Virus record (IMG/VR): IMGVR_UViG_3300031521_000030
Span: 33,129 to 97,128 of that record
Length of the DNA stretch: 64,000 nucleotides
Strand: one strand, 5' to 3'
Source: a virus
Of this stretch, positions 1 through 8,931 are shown in pieces. Each line of letters starts with the position of its first letter. The stretch's first letter is position 1. A program made the translations under genes and the position numbers. The notes under the pieces were generated by a model. That model made no database searches. It was not told the origin of the DNA and worked only from the letters and a program-made list of their open reading frames with translations.

Positions 1-2
1 GG

Positions 3-227
3 CGCATCCGGGTCTGCGGGACATGCAAGCATTTGAGGCGGGCGTATCCGGGGGCGGCCAATGGGTTGTGCCACCATGCCAACGGGGGCTTCGCAATACC
101 GGCCCTGACCGAGCACAAGGCATGCTGGGAAAGCCATGATGCTTCCGATGTTGGCCCGTCCCCAAAACCACTGCAACAAGTTGCACTAAAACTCAAACCG
201 AAGGGCCGTGTCATTGACATGGGTTAG
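3..227 (+). CDS. 5'-truncated Cys-rich hypothetical protein with C-terminal KPKGRVIDMG
   Basis: Frame is open from the window edge (RIRVCGTCKH...GLC...C); Cys pattern resembles the next ORF. Confidence 0.6.
   Translation, partial: RIRVCGTCKHLRRAYPGAANGLCHHANGGFAIPALTEHKACWESHDASDVGPSPKPLQQVALKLKPKGRVIDMG
171..186. repeat. 16-bp palindrome copy 1 (CTGCAACAAGTTGCAC), in CDS
   Basis: Read directly. Confidence 0.9.
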
Positions 228-230
228 CAA

Positions 231-809
231 ATGGAAGTATTCATCCGAGAGGTTGATGGGAGGCAGCATTATTGCACCGTCGTTGACAATAAATACCCGG
301 CGGCGGTTGAGGCATTAGAGGATGTCCACAATGATCTGTCCCGGCGGGGGCTTCAACACAAGTGGATCAAGGAGAGTGACCCAATAAATGGAGTGACCCT
401 CCTCATGGTGCCCCTGCAAACCAAACGCCCTCTATCCCTTGCCAATCTAACCGGCCCGGCCCCAACCCAAACGCCAACCCGCCCAAATGGGGAGCGGTTT
501 AAATGCGCCACCTGCACTTGGTGGAGTTTCTCCTCCCGCGATAATGAGGGGTATGCAACCTGCCGGAGCCCTCATGCCAAGCAAACCGTTGTCCCCAACT
601 TGAGGGGGGACCCGGAGCGCGGGTTGGATGTTGGCATGCAATACCACGCCCTCGGCGATTGCCTTGCAACCTTGCCAATCGCGGGGTGCTCCCATTGGGT
701 GCTGGATGCGGGGGCAATGTTTGGCCCGGCCACCAATAACAACGCGGTCCAGCCCTTGGCAAAGACAACCAAGCCCAAACCAAAGGGGCGCATCATCGAC
801 ATGAGCTAA
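231..809 (+). CDS. hypothetical protein with CxxC Zn-binding-like domain, ends KPKGRIIDMS
   Basis: 192-aa ORF; CATC..C..C motif; tightly packed with neighbours. Confidence 0.7.
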   Translation: MEVFIREVDGRQHYCTVVDNKYPAAVEALEDVHNDLSRRGLQHKWIKESDPINGVTLLMVPLQTKRPLSLANLTGPAPTQTPTRPNGERFKCATCTWWSFSSRDNEGYATCRSPHAKQTVVPNLRGDPERGLDVGMQYHALGDCLATLPIAGCSHWVLDAGAMFGPATNNNAVQPLAKTTKPKPKGRIIDMS

Positions 810-1069
810 TGCAAGCACGCCTTACATCCGGCAACACGGGCGACGTTTGGTTGGTCCTTGTGCCCGACAACCGGGAGGAGTCGGACGTTGACCTTGGCAA
901 CATGGCCGTGCGCTTTATCCGCGATGGGGTTGACCACCAAATCATAGACGATGGGTTGTATGGGCAAATCGCGGTGCGGCTGGCCTTTAAACCAACAACA
1001 ACCCCGACCACCCAACCGGCTGGCCCCCTATTAGACGCGCCAAGGGTTCGTCTGCTGGACATGGGCTAG
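809..1069 (+). CDS. hypothetical protein, ends PRVRLLDMG
   Basis: TAATG overlap; PT-rich linker like the previous ORF. Confidence 0.65.
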   Translation: MQARLTSGNTGDVWLVLVPDNREESDVDLGNMAVRFIRDGVDHQIIDDGLYGQIAVRLAFKPTTTPTTQPAGPLLDAPRVRLLDMG

Positions 1070-1195
1070 GGAATAGCATATCACTCCCCCCATTATGAAC
1101 GCGCCAGCCAACAACCCCGCCAAAACCGAACTTGCAACCCTCTGCCGCATCGCCGAGGTAGCCCTTGCCACCCTTGCATATTTGTTAGAAACAAG

Positions 1196-1230
1196 TTGCC
1201 AATGATTCGGTTAAGGGTTAGGTGTCAGGC
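1196..1230 (+). promoter_or_regulatory. early promoter/operator (TTGCCA-N17-TAGGTG), leaderless
   Basis: TTGCCAATGATTCGGTTAA motif; ATG 35 nt after the first base of the -35. Confidence 0.75.
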
Positions 1231-1509
1231 ATGCAAGCAACCGCAACCCACCAACCGAAGGCCAAAACCAACAAGCAACTCGTCGCCGAATATAAGGCGT
1301 TGAAGAAGGCATACTTTGCCATTGGCAACAGCCGGGAAAACATAGCCAATGTCCGCCGGGCGGTTGGGGAAGCCGGGGCCAAGGATGATTACAAATGGGC
1401 CAAACGCATGGAGGAACTCTGGGTTCAAGAAGCCAATGGTTATACTCGCCGTCTTGCAATTGTTTCCCTCCTAACCGCAAAGGGCATCAACATTTACGAA
1501 CTCGTCTAA
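1231..1509 (+). CDS. hypothetical protein
   Basis: ATG at the predicted +1 of the promoter. Confidence 0.65.
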   Translation: MQATATHQPKAKTNKQLVAEYKALKKAYFAIGNSRENIANVRRAVGEAGAKDDYKWAKRMEELWVQEANGYTRRLAIVSLLTAKGINIYELV

Positions 1510-1510
1510 T

Positions 1511-1720
1511 ATGCCAACCCCAAGCAAAGCCCTGCCCTTTATAGGGGACGCCCGCTCGCTAATGGCAACCGCCGACCTTTGCACAACTAGCAAGCAGCAA
1601 GCCAGCAACCTTTATGCGCAAGCGGCCCGCATCCTTCGCGCCATCCCGAGCGCCGACCTAACCCCCCATGAATGGGTGCAGGTTGTTAGCCTTTGGGAAG
1701 AATGTGATGCCGCTATTTGA
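1511..1720 (+). CDS. hypothetical protein
   Basis: Operon packing. Confidence 0.55.
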   Translation: MPTPSKALPFIGDARSLMATADLCTTSKQQASNLYAQAARILRAIPSADLTPHEWVQVVSLWEECDAAI

Positions 1721-1973
1721 TCTTATGGCCGCCAACAAAGTCAAAGCCAAGGTGCCCAACAACAGGCACACCACTCTCAAGGATGTTAATGCCATCCTCG
1801 GCCAAAAGATGCCGGGCGTGCTCCTCTATAAAGGCAAGGGCTACTTCTACTTCGCGGGGGAGGGCGCTGATTTCTGGCCCGAGACGATAGTTATAACAAC
1901 CCGCCTCGGCATCATGTCCCCATGGTCTTGGTATAAGGAGGCCCTGCGGCTTTCAACGTCCCACCAACCATGA
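1707..1973 (+). CDS. hypothetical protein
   Basis: Operon packing; LYKGKGYFYF motif resembles ORF 2629. Confidence 0.55.
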   Translation: MPLFDLMAANKVKAKVPNNRHTTLKDVNAILGQKMPGVLLYKGKGYFYFAGEGADFWPETIVITTRLGIMSPWSWYKEALRLSTSHQP

Positions 1974-2185
1974 CCCTCACCAACCACCAACGGCAAGTCG
2001 TGGACCAACTCAAAGGGTGGGACCAAACCCGTCGCCCTATTATGACGGGCATCGCATTGCACCGCATCCTTGGGTGGCCGGTGCAAACCCTCCAACGCAC
2101 CATCCGTGAACTTGAGGGCAAGGGGCTCGCCTATTACCGGGGCGGTTGCATCCATTGGCAACCATGGCAACTCCACCCCCTTTGA
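1970..2185 (+). CDS. putative winged-helix DNA-binding protein
   Basis: LTNHQRQVV...ALHRILGWPVQTLQRTIRELEGKGL pattern; ATGA overlap. Confidence 0.55.
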   Translation: MTLTNHQRQVVDQLKGWDQTRRPIMTGIALHRILGWPVQTLQRTIRELEGKGLAYYRGGCIHWQPWQLHPL

Positions 2186-2213
2186 GGTTTCTGCAACTCA
2201 TTGCAGATTCATA

Positions 2214-2248
2214 TTGCCAATGATTCGGTTAAGCATTAGCTTCACGGC
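2214..2248 (+). promoter_or_regulatory. early promoter/operator (TTGCCA-N17-TAGCTT), leaderless
   Basis: Motif copy; ATG at 2249. Confidence 0.75.
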
Positions 2249-2395
2249 ATGCAAGCAAACAACAAGCCAGCCGCCAAGAAGAACACCGCCAAGGTTACGC
2301 CCTTTGAAAAAGCAATCGGGACCATGTGCTACCCAACCCGCCGGGCCGCCAAGCCCGTTGCTCGCTCCTTTGGCCGCCAGTCCTACGTTGACTAA
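2249..2395 (+). CDS. 48-aa basic hypothetical protein (not in ORF track)
   Basis: MQANNKPAAKK...SYVD, starting exactly at the promoter +1. Confidence 0.55.
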   Translation: MQANNKPAAKKNTAKVTPFEKAIGTMCYPTRRAAKPVARSFGRQSYVD

Positions 2396-2435
2396 ACCCA
2401 ACCGGGGGCCAAAAGCCCCCAACCCTTTTCCCATT

Positions 2436-2627
2436 ATGGCAACCAAAGCCCCCCGCCTCTCCAAAGCCCACCGCCGGGCGCACCGCTACCTTGCCAACAA
2501 TGGCTACGGGGCCGATGCGGTGGCCGAGTTGGACAAGCTCATTGCGCGGGATGTCCTTGAATGGGATGCGTTGTCCCGCGTGGCCGACCTCATCCCCGAG
2601 GATGCGCAATGGGAAGTCTGCGATTAG
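2436..2627 (+). CDS. hypothetical protein
   Basis: MATKAPRL... internal start of ORF 2070. Confidence 0.55.
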   Translation: MATKAPRLSKAHRRAHRYLANNGYGADAVAELDKLIARDVLEWDALSRVADLIPEDAQWEVCD

Positions 2628-2628
2628 C

Positions 2629-2919
2629 ATGGCCATGACAAAGCAACGCATCAATCGCGCCATCAAGCACCTCAACTTGGAAATCCAAGGCAACCGGCGG
2701 GATGGTTATTTCTACTTCACCGACCTAACAACCGGGGCGCAAGTTGGGGAGAGCATTATGGTTTGCTACCTCAACCAGCAACCATTGGAGCGGTGGGTCC
2801 AAGATGCAACCTCGGCCAATGCAACCCGCGAGCCCTCCAAGGATGATGGCAAGTGTTGGGAGGATGTCATGGGCTTCCCCTTGCCTACCTACCCGGACGA
2901 TCAATCCTTCCCCCTTTAG
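2629..2919 (+). CDS. hypothetical protein
   Basis: MAMTKQRIN...; operon packing. Confidence 0.6.
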   Translation: MAMTKQRINRAIKHLNLEIQGNRRDGYFYFTDLTTGAQVGESIMVCYLNQQPLERWVQDATSANATREPSKDDGKCWEDVMGFPLPTYPDDQSFPL

Positions 2920-2922
2920 GTG

Positions 2923-2938
2923 GTGCAACTTGTTGCAG
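2923..2938. repeat. 16-bp palindrome copy 2
   Basis: GTGCAACTTGTTGCAG, intergenic. Confidence 0.9.
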
Positions 2939-2945
2939 AAACCTG

Positions 2946-2980
2946 TTGCCAATGATTCGGTTAAGGGTTAGGTGTTGTGC
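2946..2980 (+). promoter_or_regulatory. early promoter/operator, leaderless
   Basis: Near-identical to the copy at 1196; ATG at 2981. Confidence 0.75.
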
Positions 2981-3187
2981 ATGCAAGAAACCACACTCAG
3001 CAAAACCCAAAAGCAAGCCCTTCTGATCTTCGGGGGGAAGGCCCCGGCGGACTCCCTGCAAAGCAATCACTTCCTGAACGGTTTTTCCGCCCTGATTCGC
3101 AAAGGGTTTGCCCGGCAAGAATACGTGGGTATGAGTGTGAAATCCGAACTGACCGAAGCCGGGAAAGCGTTGCTCGCCTCCCTCTAA
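2981..3187 (+). CDS. small winged-helix-like protein
   Basis: LSKTQKQAL...SALIRKGF...ELTEAGKALL. Confidence 0.55.
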   Translation: MQETTLSKTQKQALLIFGGKAPADSLQSNHFLNGFSALIRKGFARQEYVGMSVKSELTEAGKALLASL

Positions 3188-3238
3188 TAAACCCAACCGG
3201 GGGCTGGCCAACGGCCCCCCAACCCAAACGCTAAAGCT

Positions 3239-3547
3239 ATGCCAAACGAACCACGCCTCCTCATGCCACCCCCACACGCGGACAACCCCTACAAGCGGGT
3301 TGCTGCTATGCTGCGGGGCCTTGCCGCCAGCGCCAAAGCGCACGGGCTAACCATTGCCCTCAATATCCCAACCACCCCGCCGGTTGACTTCCCCCCACTT
3401 AACATTGGCGGGGGCAAAGCATTCACCTCCCCAATGATGGTGGTGCTAAAGAACCGCAGGGACCCCTTGGCACGGTTGGGTGGCCTCATTGAGCATCCAA
3501 TCACCTATTCCTTCCAAATAACCAAAGCCAGCAAACTCAAACCATAA
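3239..3547 (+). CDS. hypothetical protein
   Basis: ORF, operon packing. Confidence 0.5.
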   Translation: MPNEPRLLMPPPHADNPYKRVAAMLRGLAASAKAHGLTIALNIPTTPPVDFPPLNIGGGKAFTSPMMVVLKNRRDPLARLGGLIEHPITYSFQITKASKLKP

Positions 3548-3550
3548 GCC

Positions 3551-3967
3551 ATGAAGATCATAATTAGCCCCTCGCGCAAAAAGCCTCTCCGGTTAGCCCC
3601 GGCCAAGCCAACCCCGGACCCCGTTGCATGGCAAGCGAGGCGGGCGATGCGGTTCCTTGCAACCCATCCCCATACATTCATCATGCCGGTGAACTTGCAG
3701 TTGAATATGGGTTGGGATGAATCCATGCGGGTGGGGGCCATTGACTACCTCATTAAGAACGAGGGCATGCGGCTCGCTAGGACGGGCTGGTTGCATTGGA
3801 CACAGGATGACCTCATCTCCCTCCTTTGCTCATTTGACCACTCCGCTATTGAACGGGGCTTCCTCGCCGAAACCATAACCGTTGACCGCCGGACCTTGAT
3901 GGAGATTATGTCCGACTCATCGGCGGGCATCATGGAACGCCTCATTAACCTCATCGAACCCGCCTAA
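3551..3967 (+). CDS. hypothetical protein
   Basis: ORF, operon packing. Confidence 0.6.
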   Translation: MKIIISPSRKKPLRLAPAKPTPDPVAWQARRAMRFLATHPHTFIMPVNLQLNMGWDESMRVGAIDYLIKNEGMRLARTGWLHWTQDDLISLLCSFDHSAIERGFLAETITVDRRTLMEIMSDSSAGIMERLINLIEPA

Positions 3968-3969
3968 CC

Positions 3970-4506
3970 ATGCACACCGAAACCGTTTGCACCACGTTGC
4001 CCAACCTTGACCCCGTTAAGGCCATCAGGGCCATCCACCAAGCATACCTGCAACTTGTTGCACTAAACGAGGCCAGCATGGGGCAACCCGCAACCGGGCA
4101 CTTTGACAACCAGCCCTCTATCAAGGCCCTTGCCGAATGTTTGCATGATGCCGGGCACCCCGCCTTTGCCGAAGCCCGCATCCCAAACCGGGACTATATC
4201 CTCCAACGCATCCTCACCCATTGCGCCAAGCATAGCAGCCCAATTTCCGGGCGGGGGACAACCAGCTTGCCCATATTGGCGGTGGCCCTCAATAGTTCGG
4301 TCGCCGCATTGCAAGCCCCCGTGGACCTGTTGGTTGCGGCCCATGTCTTTGACTATATCACCGACCTCATCATTTGCTGGGATAAGGAATCCCTTGCCTA
4401 TGACATCCCCCGCGTGTTTGCCCCATCCAAGAAGCCAGCGCAAGCCCAACCCCCCGCAACCGGGGGAACTCATGCTTGTTCGGCTGGGCAAGGATGGCTG
4501 GGTTGA
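3970..4506 (+). CDS. hypothetical protein
   Basis: ORF, operon packing. Confidence 0.6.
   Translation: MHTETVCTTLPNLDPVKAIRAIHQAYLQLVALNEASMGQPATGHFDNQPSIKALAECLHDAGHPAFAEARIPNRDYILQRILTHCAKHSSPISGRGTTSLPILAVALNSSVAALQAPVDLLVAAHVFDYITDLIICWDKESLAYDIPRVFAPSKKPAQAQPPATGGTHACSAGQGWLG
4048..4063. repeat. 16-bp palindrome copy 3, in CDS
   Basis: CTGCAACTTGTTGCAC. Confidence 0.9.
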
Positions 4507-4750
4507 TATGGTCATCCCCACCCATAGCTCTTTGTGGCGCGGGGGGAAGGCAATCTCCCTGCCTATTGTGGAACTGAATGGCCGCCGGGGCCTTTGGTGG
4601 CTTGTTATGCCCGTGCGCTTTATGCGGGCACTAAAAGATGGGCTGCATTTGCCCAATGATGCTGTATCCATTCCGGCTTGCCAAATGTCCGTCCGTCGCC
4701 CGGCGGGTTGGCCAAGGGAAGGCCATGACATCCAATTCCACCTCCTTTAG
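4472..4750 (+). CDS. hypothetical protein
   Basis: MLVRLGKDGW... internal start of ORF 4103. Confidence 0.45.
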   Translation: MLVRLGKDGWVDMVIPTHSSLWRGGKAISLPIVELNGRRGLWWLVMPVRFMRALKDGLHLPNDAVSIPACQMSVRRPAGWPREGHDIQFHLL

Positions 4751-4765
4751 TGCAACATGTTGCAG
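4750..4765. repeat. 16-bp palindrome copy 4
   Basis: GTGCAACATGTTGCAG at a gene junction. Confidence 0.9.
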
Positions 4766-5059
4766 CAACATAACATCCACCAACACCGGCACATCACGGA
4801 CCCCGAGGAAGCGTTGGAGCACCTGCGGCTTGCCGGGCGGCTGACCAACCGGGGCGGGCACTATTTCAACCATGGCCAGATGCCCTACGCTTGGAGCATA
4901 ACCCACGCAACGATGGAGGTGTTGGTGGTGCGTGGGGTTGCCAAGGCGGTAATGAGTTGCCGGGGCGGGGCCATATACGTGGTGGCCTACATCCCAACCG
5001 GGAAGCTAATGCGGAAGATTGAAATGAATCCTGTTGCCAATGACATAGTTAAACCATAG
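4757..5059 (+). CDS. hypothetical protein
   Basis: ORF; RKIEM near the C-terminus. Confidence 0.5.
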   Translation: MLQQHNIHQHRHITDPEEALEHLRLAGRLTNRGGHYFNHGQMPYAWSITHATMEVLVVRGVAKAVMSCRGGAIYVVAYIPTGKLMRKIEMNPVANDIVKP

Positions 5060-5068
5060 GTTCACCCC
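5034..5068 (+). promoter_or_regulatory. early promoter/operator (TTGCCA-N17-TAGGTT), leaderless
   Basis: TTGCCAATGACATAGTTAA; ATG at 5069. Confidence 0.75.
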
Positions 5069-5311
5069 ATGGCCACGATTACAGCGACAAACCCATTAGA
5101 CGAAACCGGCGAAACCGAACTCGAAGTTGAGTTTGAATACTACCCCGGCAGGGTTAGCCACGACATAGAGCAACCCGATGACCCCGAGGAGTTGGAAGTC
5201 TTGGGGGTCCGGGACGCAACCGGGGCTGACATTTCCGGCCAACTCAACGACCGGGAACTCAAGGAACTCAAAGCCGCATGCTGGGCCGAGGTTCGCAAAT
5301 CCAAAAACTAA
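5069..5311 (+). CDS. acidic small phage protein
   Basis: ELEVEFEYYPG...PDDPEELEV; starts at promoter +1. Confidence 0.7.
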   Translation: MATITATNPLDETGETELEVEFEYYPGRVSHDIEQPDDPEELEVLGVRDATGADISGQLNDRELKELKAACWAEVRKSKN

Positions 5312-5315
5312 GACC

Positions 5316-5684
5316 ATGCCAAAGACCAAGTCAACCGGAGACACCCTCGAAACCCTGTTTAACATTTCAAGGCTCGTCCTCCTATGCAACCAGCGGGGCA
5401 TCCCGCCTTTCCTAAAGCATAGGGCAACGGAGGCAATCCGGGACATCGCGGGGGAGGCCAAGCTAAAGGAGATCGAGGAAATTGCAGCAGCCATGCAAAT
5501 GGACAATGTGGAGGCCAGCGCAGCCCCAACCGGCCACCTCGGCAAGCGGTTGAAAGCGTTGGAGGATCGGGTGCAGGAACTCGAAAACAAAGCCGATGAC
5601 CACGATGAACGCCTTGACAGTGTGGGCCGGGACATCCAAGCCATTGAGCGCAACGTGGAATCAATAGGAAGGGAGAACGCATAA
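5316..5684 (+). CDS. coiled-coil hypothetical protein
   Basis: MPKTK start; heptad C-terminal half. Confidence 0.6.
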   Translation: MPKTKSTGDTLETLFNISRLVLLCNQRGIPPFLKHRATEAIRDIAGEAKLKEIEEIAAAMQMDNVEASAAPTGHLGKRLKALEDRVQELENKADDHDERLDSVGRDIQAIERNVESIGRENA

Positions 5685-5824
5685 TGCCAAAATTCACTTG
5701 CCCGTTCGGTAAAGGATGGGCCTACGTCACCGTCACAATGCGTTGTATGGGCGGGGTGCAAGTGCAGCACCGTCTATGGCGCAACACCAAAACCAAGGAA
5801 CTCCGCTGGGAGACTCTCTAAGCC

Positions 5825-6166
5825 ATGAAAGCAACAATCAAAAACCTCTGGGCCTTCCTAGCCCGCCCGCTCGTATTCCGCCCGGCCATCAACCAAGCAA
5901 CCATCGCGGGGCTCTTTGTTGGGACCCCCGACAAGCCCTTGGACCTCCATTGCGCGGAGGTTAAGAACCTTCCCCCCGAGTTGTTCAAGGGTTGGCGGCC
6001 TTTGTGCATCCCCTTGGAGCAGCTACGGCGCGATGCCCGCTACCTCGCCAAGATCAAGAACAGCGCGATTGTTTATGGCACCTCCTTCCCGACCTTGCCC
6101 AAATCGGTTCGCAACCGCCGGGCGCAACAACGCGAGGCGCAAGCCGGTCGGAGGTTGTTCGCATGA
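5825..6166 (+). CDS. hypothetical protein
   Basis: ORF. Confidence 0.55.
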   Translation: MKATIKNLWAFLARPLVFRPAINQATIAGLFVGTPDKPLDLHCAEVKNLPPELFKGWRPLCIPLEQLRRDARYLAKIKNSAIVYGTSFPTLPKSVRNRRAQQREAQAGRRLFA

Positions 6167-6546
6167 AGCTCCAAAGCATTGTTTTCAGGCCGGTGGCCGA
6201 GGTTTACTTCACCATGCCAGAGATTGCCTTGATGACCCTTTGCAGCCGACGCCATTATGACGCCCATTGCAAGGAGGCAAGCAAGCACGGTGGATTCTTG
6301 TATGGGATGCGCAATGCCAGCGGGGCGGTTCGCAATTATGTCCATACGTTGACATGGGGCCAACTGGACACCCTTGCGAAGATCATGGAGGTAGGCAGCC
6401 ACTTCCCTTGCCCCCACCAAGCCAGCCGGGCCTTTGCCCTTGGCCTATTTATCCACTCGGCCATGCGCCAACTCATTGAGGCAACACCCCCGGCGGTCCA
6501 GATAGCCCGCACGCTTCTAAACCCAAGGGATAAGGAGGGCCGGTAA
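6163..6546 (+). CDS. hypothetical protein
   Basis: ATGA overlap, MKLQSIVF start. Confidence 0.55.
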   Translation: MKLQSIVFRPVAEVYFTMPEIALMTLCSRRHYDAHCKEASKHGGFLYGMRNASGAVRNYVHTLTWGQLDTLAKIMEVGSHFPCPHQASRAFALGLFIHSAMRQLIEATPPAVQIARTLLNPRDKEGR

Positions 6547-6899
6547 TGCTTTCCTCCTTCCTCTGCCGTCCAACCTCGCACAAGGACATCTTTTATATCC
6601 GGGGGCTGCCCATTGCCCGGTCGTTTTATTGCCCCAACCCAAACCCCCGGCGGGAGAACAACCCGTTGCATGCCCCCTTCTATCGCCACCTCGCCCGCTA
6701 TAAGATCAACCACCGCCGACCATGACCGAACAACAAAAGCAAACCCTCGCTGAACTCCGCGCTGCGGGGTATGCGGTTATCACATTCTCCCCCGGCGAAC
6801 TATGTGGGGCAACCCCCACCGACATTGAGGCCCAGCTTGTCAAGGATGGCAATGAGTTGCTCGACCGGATTTATGGTGGAGGCGAACGGGACTAAATCG

Positions 6900-6915
6900 C
6901 TGCAACTTGTTGCAG
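6900..6915. repeat. 16-bp palindrome copy 5
   Basis: CTGCAACTTGTTGCAG, intergenic. Confidence 0.9.
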
Positions 6916-6929
6916 AACGAAAATAGCTG

Positions 6930-6964
6930 TTGCCAATGACATAGTTAAGCGTTAGGTTCACGGC
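6930..6964 (+). promoter_or_regulatory. early promoter/operator (TTGCCA-N17-TAGGTT), leaderless
   Basis: ATG at 6965. Confidence 0.75.
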
Positions 6965-7204
6965 ATGCAACAAGCCGAATTTGAAGCGATCAAAACCGAA
7001 GCCTACAGCCGCTTCGCCGACGCAACCGTTCGGATGGGCGAGGATGAGATCATCCACGTTTACCTCTTCCCGACCGGGGTGTTTGAATCCCGCTCCAACC
7101 CACTCTCAACCATGACCACCTCGGAGACATTCTTCGGCGACAACGACCAAGACGGGGTGGCCGAACTATACCGCGACCTAATCGCCCGCCGGGCGGCCAA
7201 ATAA
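6965..7204 (+). CDS. hypothetical protein
   Basis: Starts at promoter +1. Confidence 0.65.
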   Translation: MQQAEFEAIKTEAYSRFADATVRMGEDEIIHVYLFPTGVFESRSNPLSTMTTSETFFGDNDQDGVAELYRDLIARRAAK

Positions 7205-7205
7205 T

Positions 7206-8354
7206 ATGAGCGAAGATCAATGCCCAACCGGGGGGCCAAACCCGGACAAGCCAAAGATTGCCATGATGGGTGTTACGACCGGGCGCATTAGTTGCTCGGC
7301 GGGGCTAAACTTCTCCAACATCCCCCGCGAACTGTTTGGCCCCCCGGCCCGCCAAATCTTCATCCCAGACCCGCAGCCGGTCATCATTGAATGTGACCTT
7401 GCCAACATTGGCCCGGACCCGGTGCGGTTGACCGCAACCCTTGCAAGCAACACCGAGGACGCCTTGGAGTTAATGCGGGCGGCGGTGCTCCGGGGGGAGG
7501 AGGAAGATATGAGCGCCGACATGTTGAAGTGGGAGAGGGGGGAGAGGTTGGCCTATATTGCCTTGGTCGCCCAACAAGACCGGGACGAGGCCGCCGACAG
7601 GGAGTTGGCGCTTAGAACCGGCAACGATGTCCTCCGGGAAGGCTACGCCTATGCGTGGGTCCTTTATGGGTTTGGCACTAGCCTTTGGGGCAGCCTTGCT
7701 ATTAGCCCCTCGTTTGTCAACTTTGCCAAGTGGCCCCGCTCCGAGGAGGGGGAGGAGGTTGACCATTGGCTCCCCTTTGAATGTGACAACCAAGGGGGCA
7801 ACGGGCTGGACACAACATGGGTTGAGGGTTTCTACCGTGAGGAGGTGGCGCGACAGATCATGGGCCATGCCAACATCGCCCCCAACCAACGCATCCTCTA
7901 CCGGGTTGACCCCCCGGTTTATACCACCGACTATTGGGGCGAGGGTGATGCGGAGTATGATTGGCGCGAGGTTGGCCGGGTTAAAGTATCCGCCCGCGCA
8001 ACCAAGTGGCGGTGGGTTGAGTTTGACCGGGACAATAAGCGCATCAAGCGCATCCGGGCGCATAACAGGCGCATCCTCCAACGCAAGGTCCTCACCGAGC
8101 TTGATAAGCTCCACATCATTTATTCCCACCGTTGCGACACGGGTTGCATGGGGCCGGTGACAAGCCGCACGGCCCGCCTATGCAGCAACGCCCGGCACTT
8201 GGGGCAGCATAGTTACACGGACCTTTGCAGCGTGACCATCCATGCCAACTGCAACTTCGACCTCCTCAAGAAGAACCTCGCCCGCAAGGCCCACGCCCAA
8301 TACCCGCACATCTCAAGGGTGTTGGTTGAGGGTCTGCATGGCCGCTATTACTAA
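7206..8354 (+). CDS. hypothetical protein with N-terminal family-A DNA polymerase-like fragment
   Basis: TTGRISCS..NFSNIPR...RQIFIPD..VIIECDLANI resembles PolA TGRLSS.PNLQNIP...R..F......ADYSQIE. Confidence 0.6.
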   Translation: MSEDQCPTGGPNPDKPKIAMMGVTTGRISCSAGLNFSNIPRELFGPPARQIFIPDPQPVIIECDLANIGPDPVRLTATLASNTEDALELMRAAVLRGEEEDMSADMLKWERGERLAYIALVAQQDRDEAADRELALRTGNDVLREGYAYAWVLYGFGTSLWGSLAISPSFVNFAKWPRSEEGEEVDHWLPFECDNQGGNGLDTTWVEGFYREEVARQIMGHANIAPNQRILYRVDPPVYTTDYWGEGDAEYDWREVGRVKVSARATKWRWVEFDRDNKRIKRIRAHNRRILQRKVLTELDKLHIIYSHRCDTGCMGPVTSRTARLCSNARHLGQHSYTDLCSVTIHANCNFDLLKKNLARKAHAQYPHISRVLVEGLHGRYY

Positions 8355-8357
8355 ACC

Positions 8358-8540
8358 ATGGCCCGGCCCACCAAATGGTGCGGAACGTGCAAGGGCAACA
8401 AGCCCCTCGCCGACTTCACCAAAGACAAAACGAGCAAGGATGGGCTCGCCCGACATTGCAAAGGTTGCCTCAATAAACGCCAAAACAAACTCCGCCAACG
8501 CCACCGAACACACTCCGGCTTTGGCACCTATGCCCCATGA
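8358..8540 (+). CDS. stand-alone Zn finger (endonuclease VII-type N-terminal domain)
   Basis: KWCGTCKGNKPLADF.K....DGL..HCKGC. Confidence 0.6.
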   Translation: MARPTKWCGTCKGNKPLADFTKDKTSKDGLARHCKGCLNKRQNKLRQRHRTHSGFGTYAP

Positions 8541-8731
8541 CATTATCAGCATACAACCAGATGGAGGATGGCATACTAGCCAACCTCCAAGAACGAGCCT
8601 ACAACGGTGACAATGGGGCGGCGGCCACCGCCCTCGCCCACATCGTTAATGCCAAACGCCAAATCGGCGACTGGCAAATAGCCAAGGACAAGGAGAAGCG
8701 GAAAGCCGCAAGGGATGGAGGTGTTGAATGA
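8537..8731 (+). CDS. hypothetical protein
   Basis: ATGA overlaps. Confidence 0.55.
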   Translation: MTLSAYNQMEDGILANLQERAYNGDNGAAATALAHIVNAKRQIGDWQIAKDKEKRKAARDGGVE

Positions 8732-8931
8732 TCCTTCGCAACCGGGACGGCCATTGGATAGGCAAGGTCAGCGGGTTGGGGACGGACATTTGCTCCATCA
8801 ACATGGAGTCCGACATCCTCAAGGCCGAGGACTTCACCGAGGAGCAAGCCAAGTTCCTTGAGCGGATTGAACGGGAAAAATATGACTGGTTCATTGCAAG
8901 GCCCGTTCTTTTTAGGAAGGGGGCCAGATGA
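8728..8931 (+). CDS. hypothetical protein
   Basis: ATGA overlaps. Confidence 0.55.
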   Translation: MILRNRDGHWIGKVSGLGTDICSINMESDILKAEDFTEEQAKFLERIEREKYDWFIARPVLFRKGAR

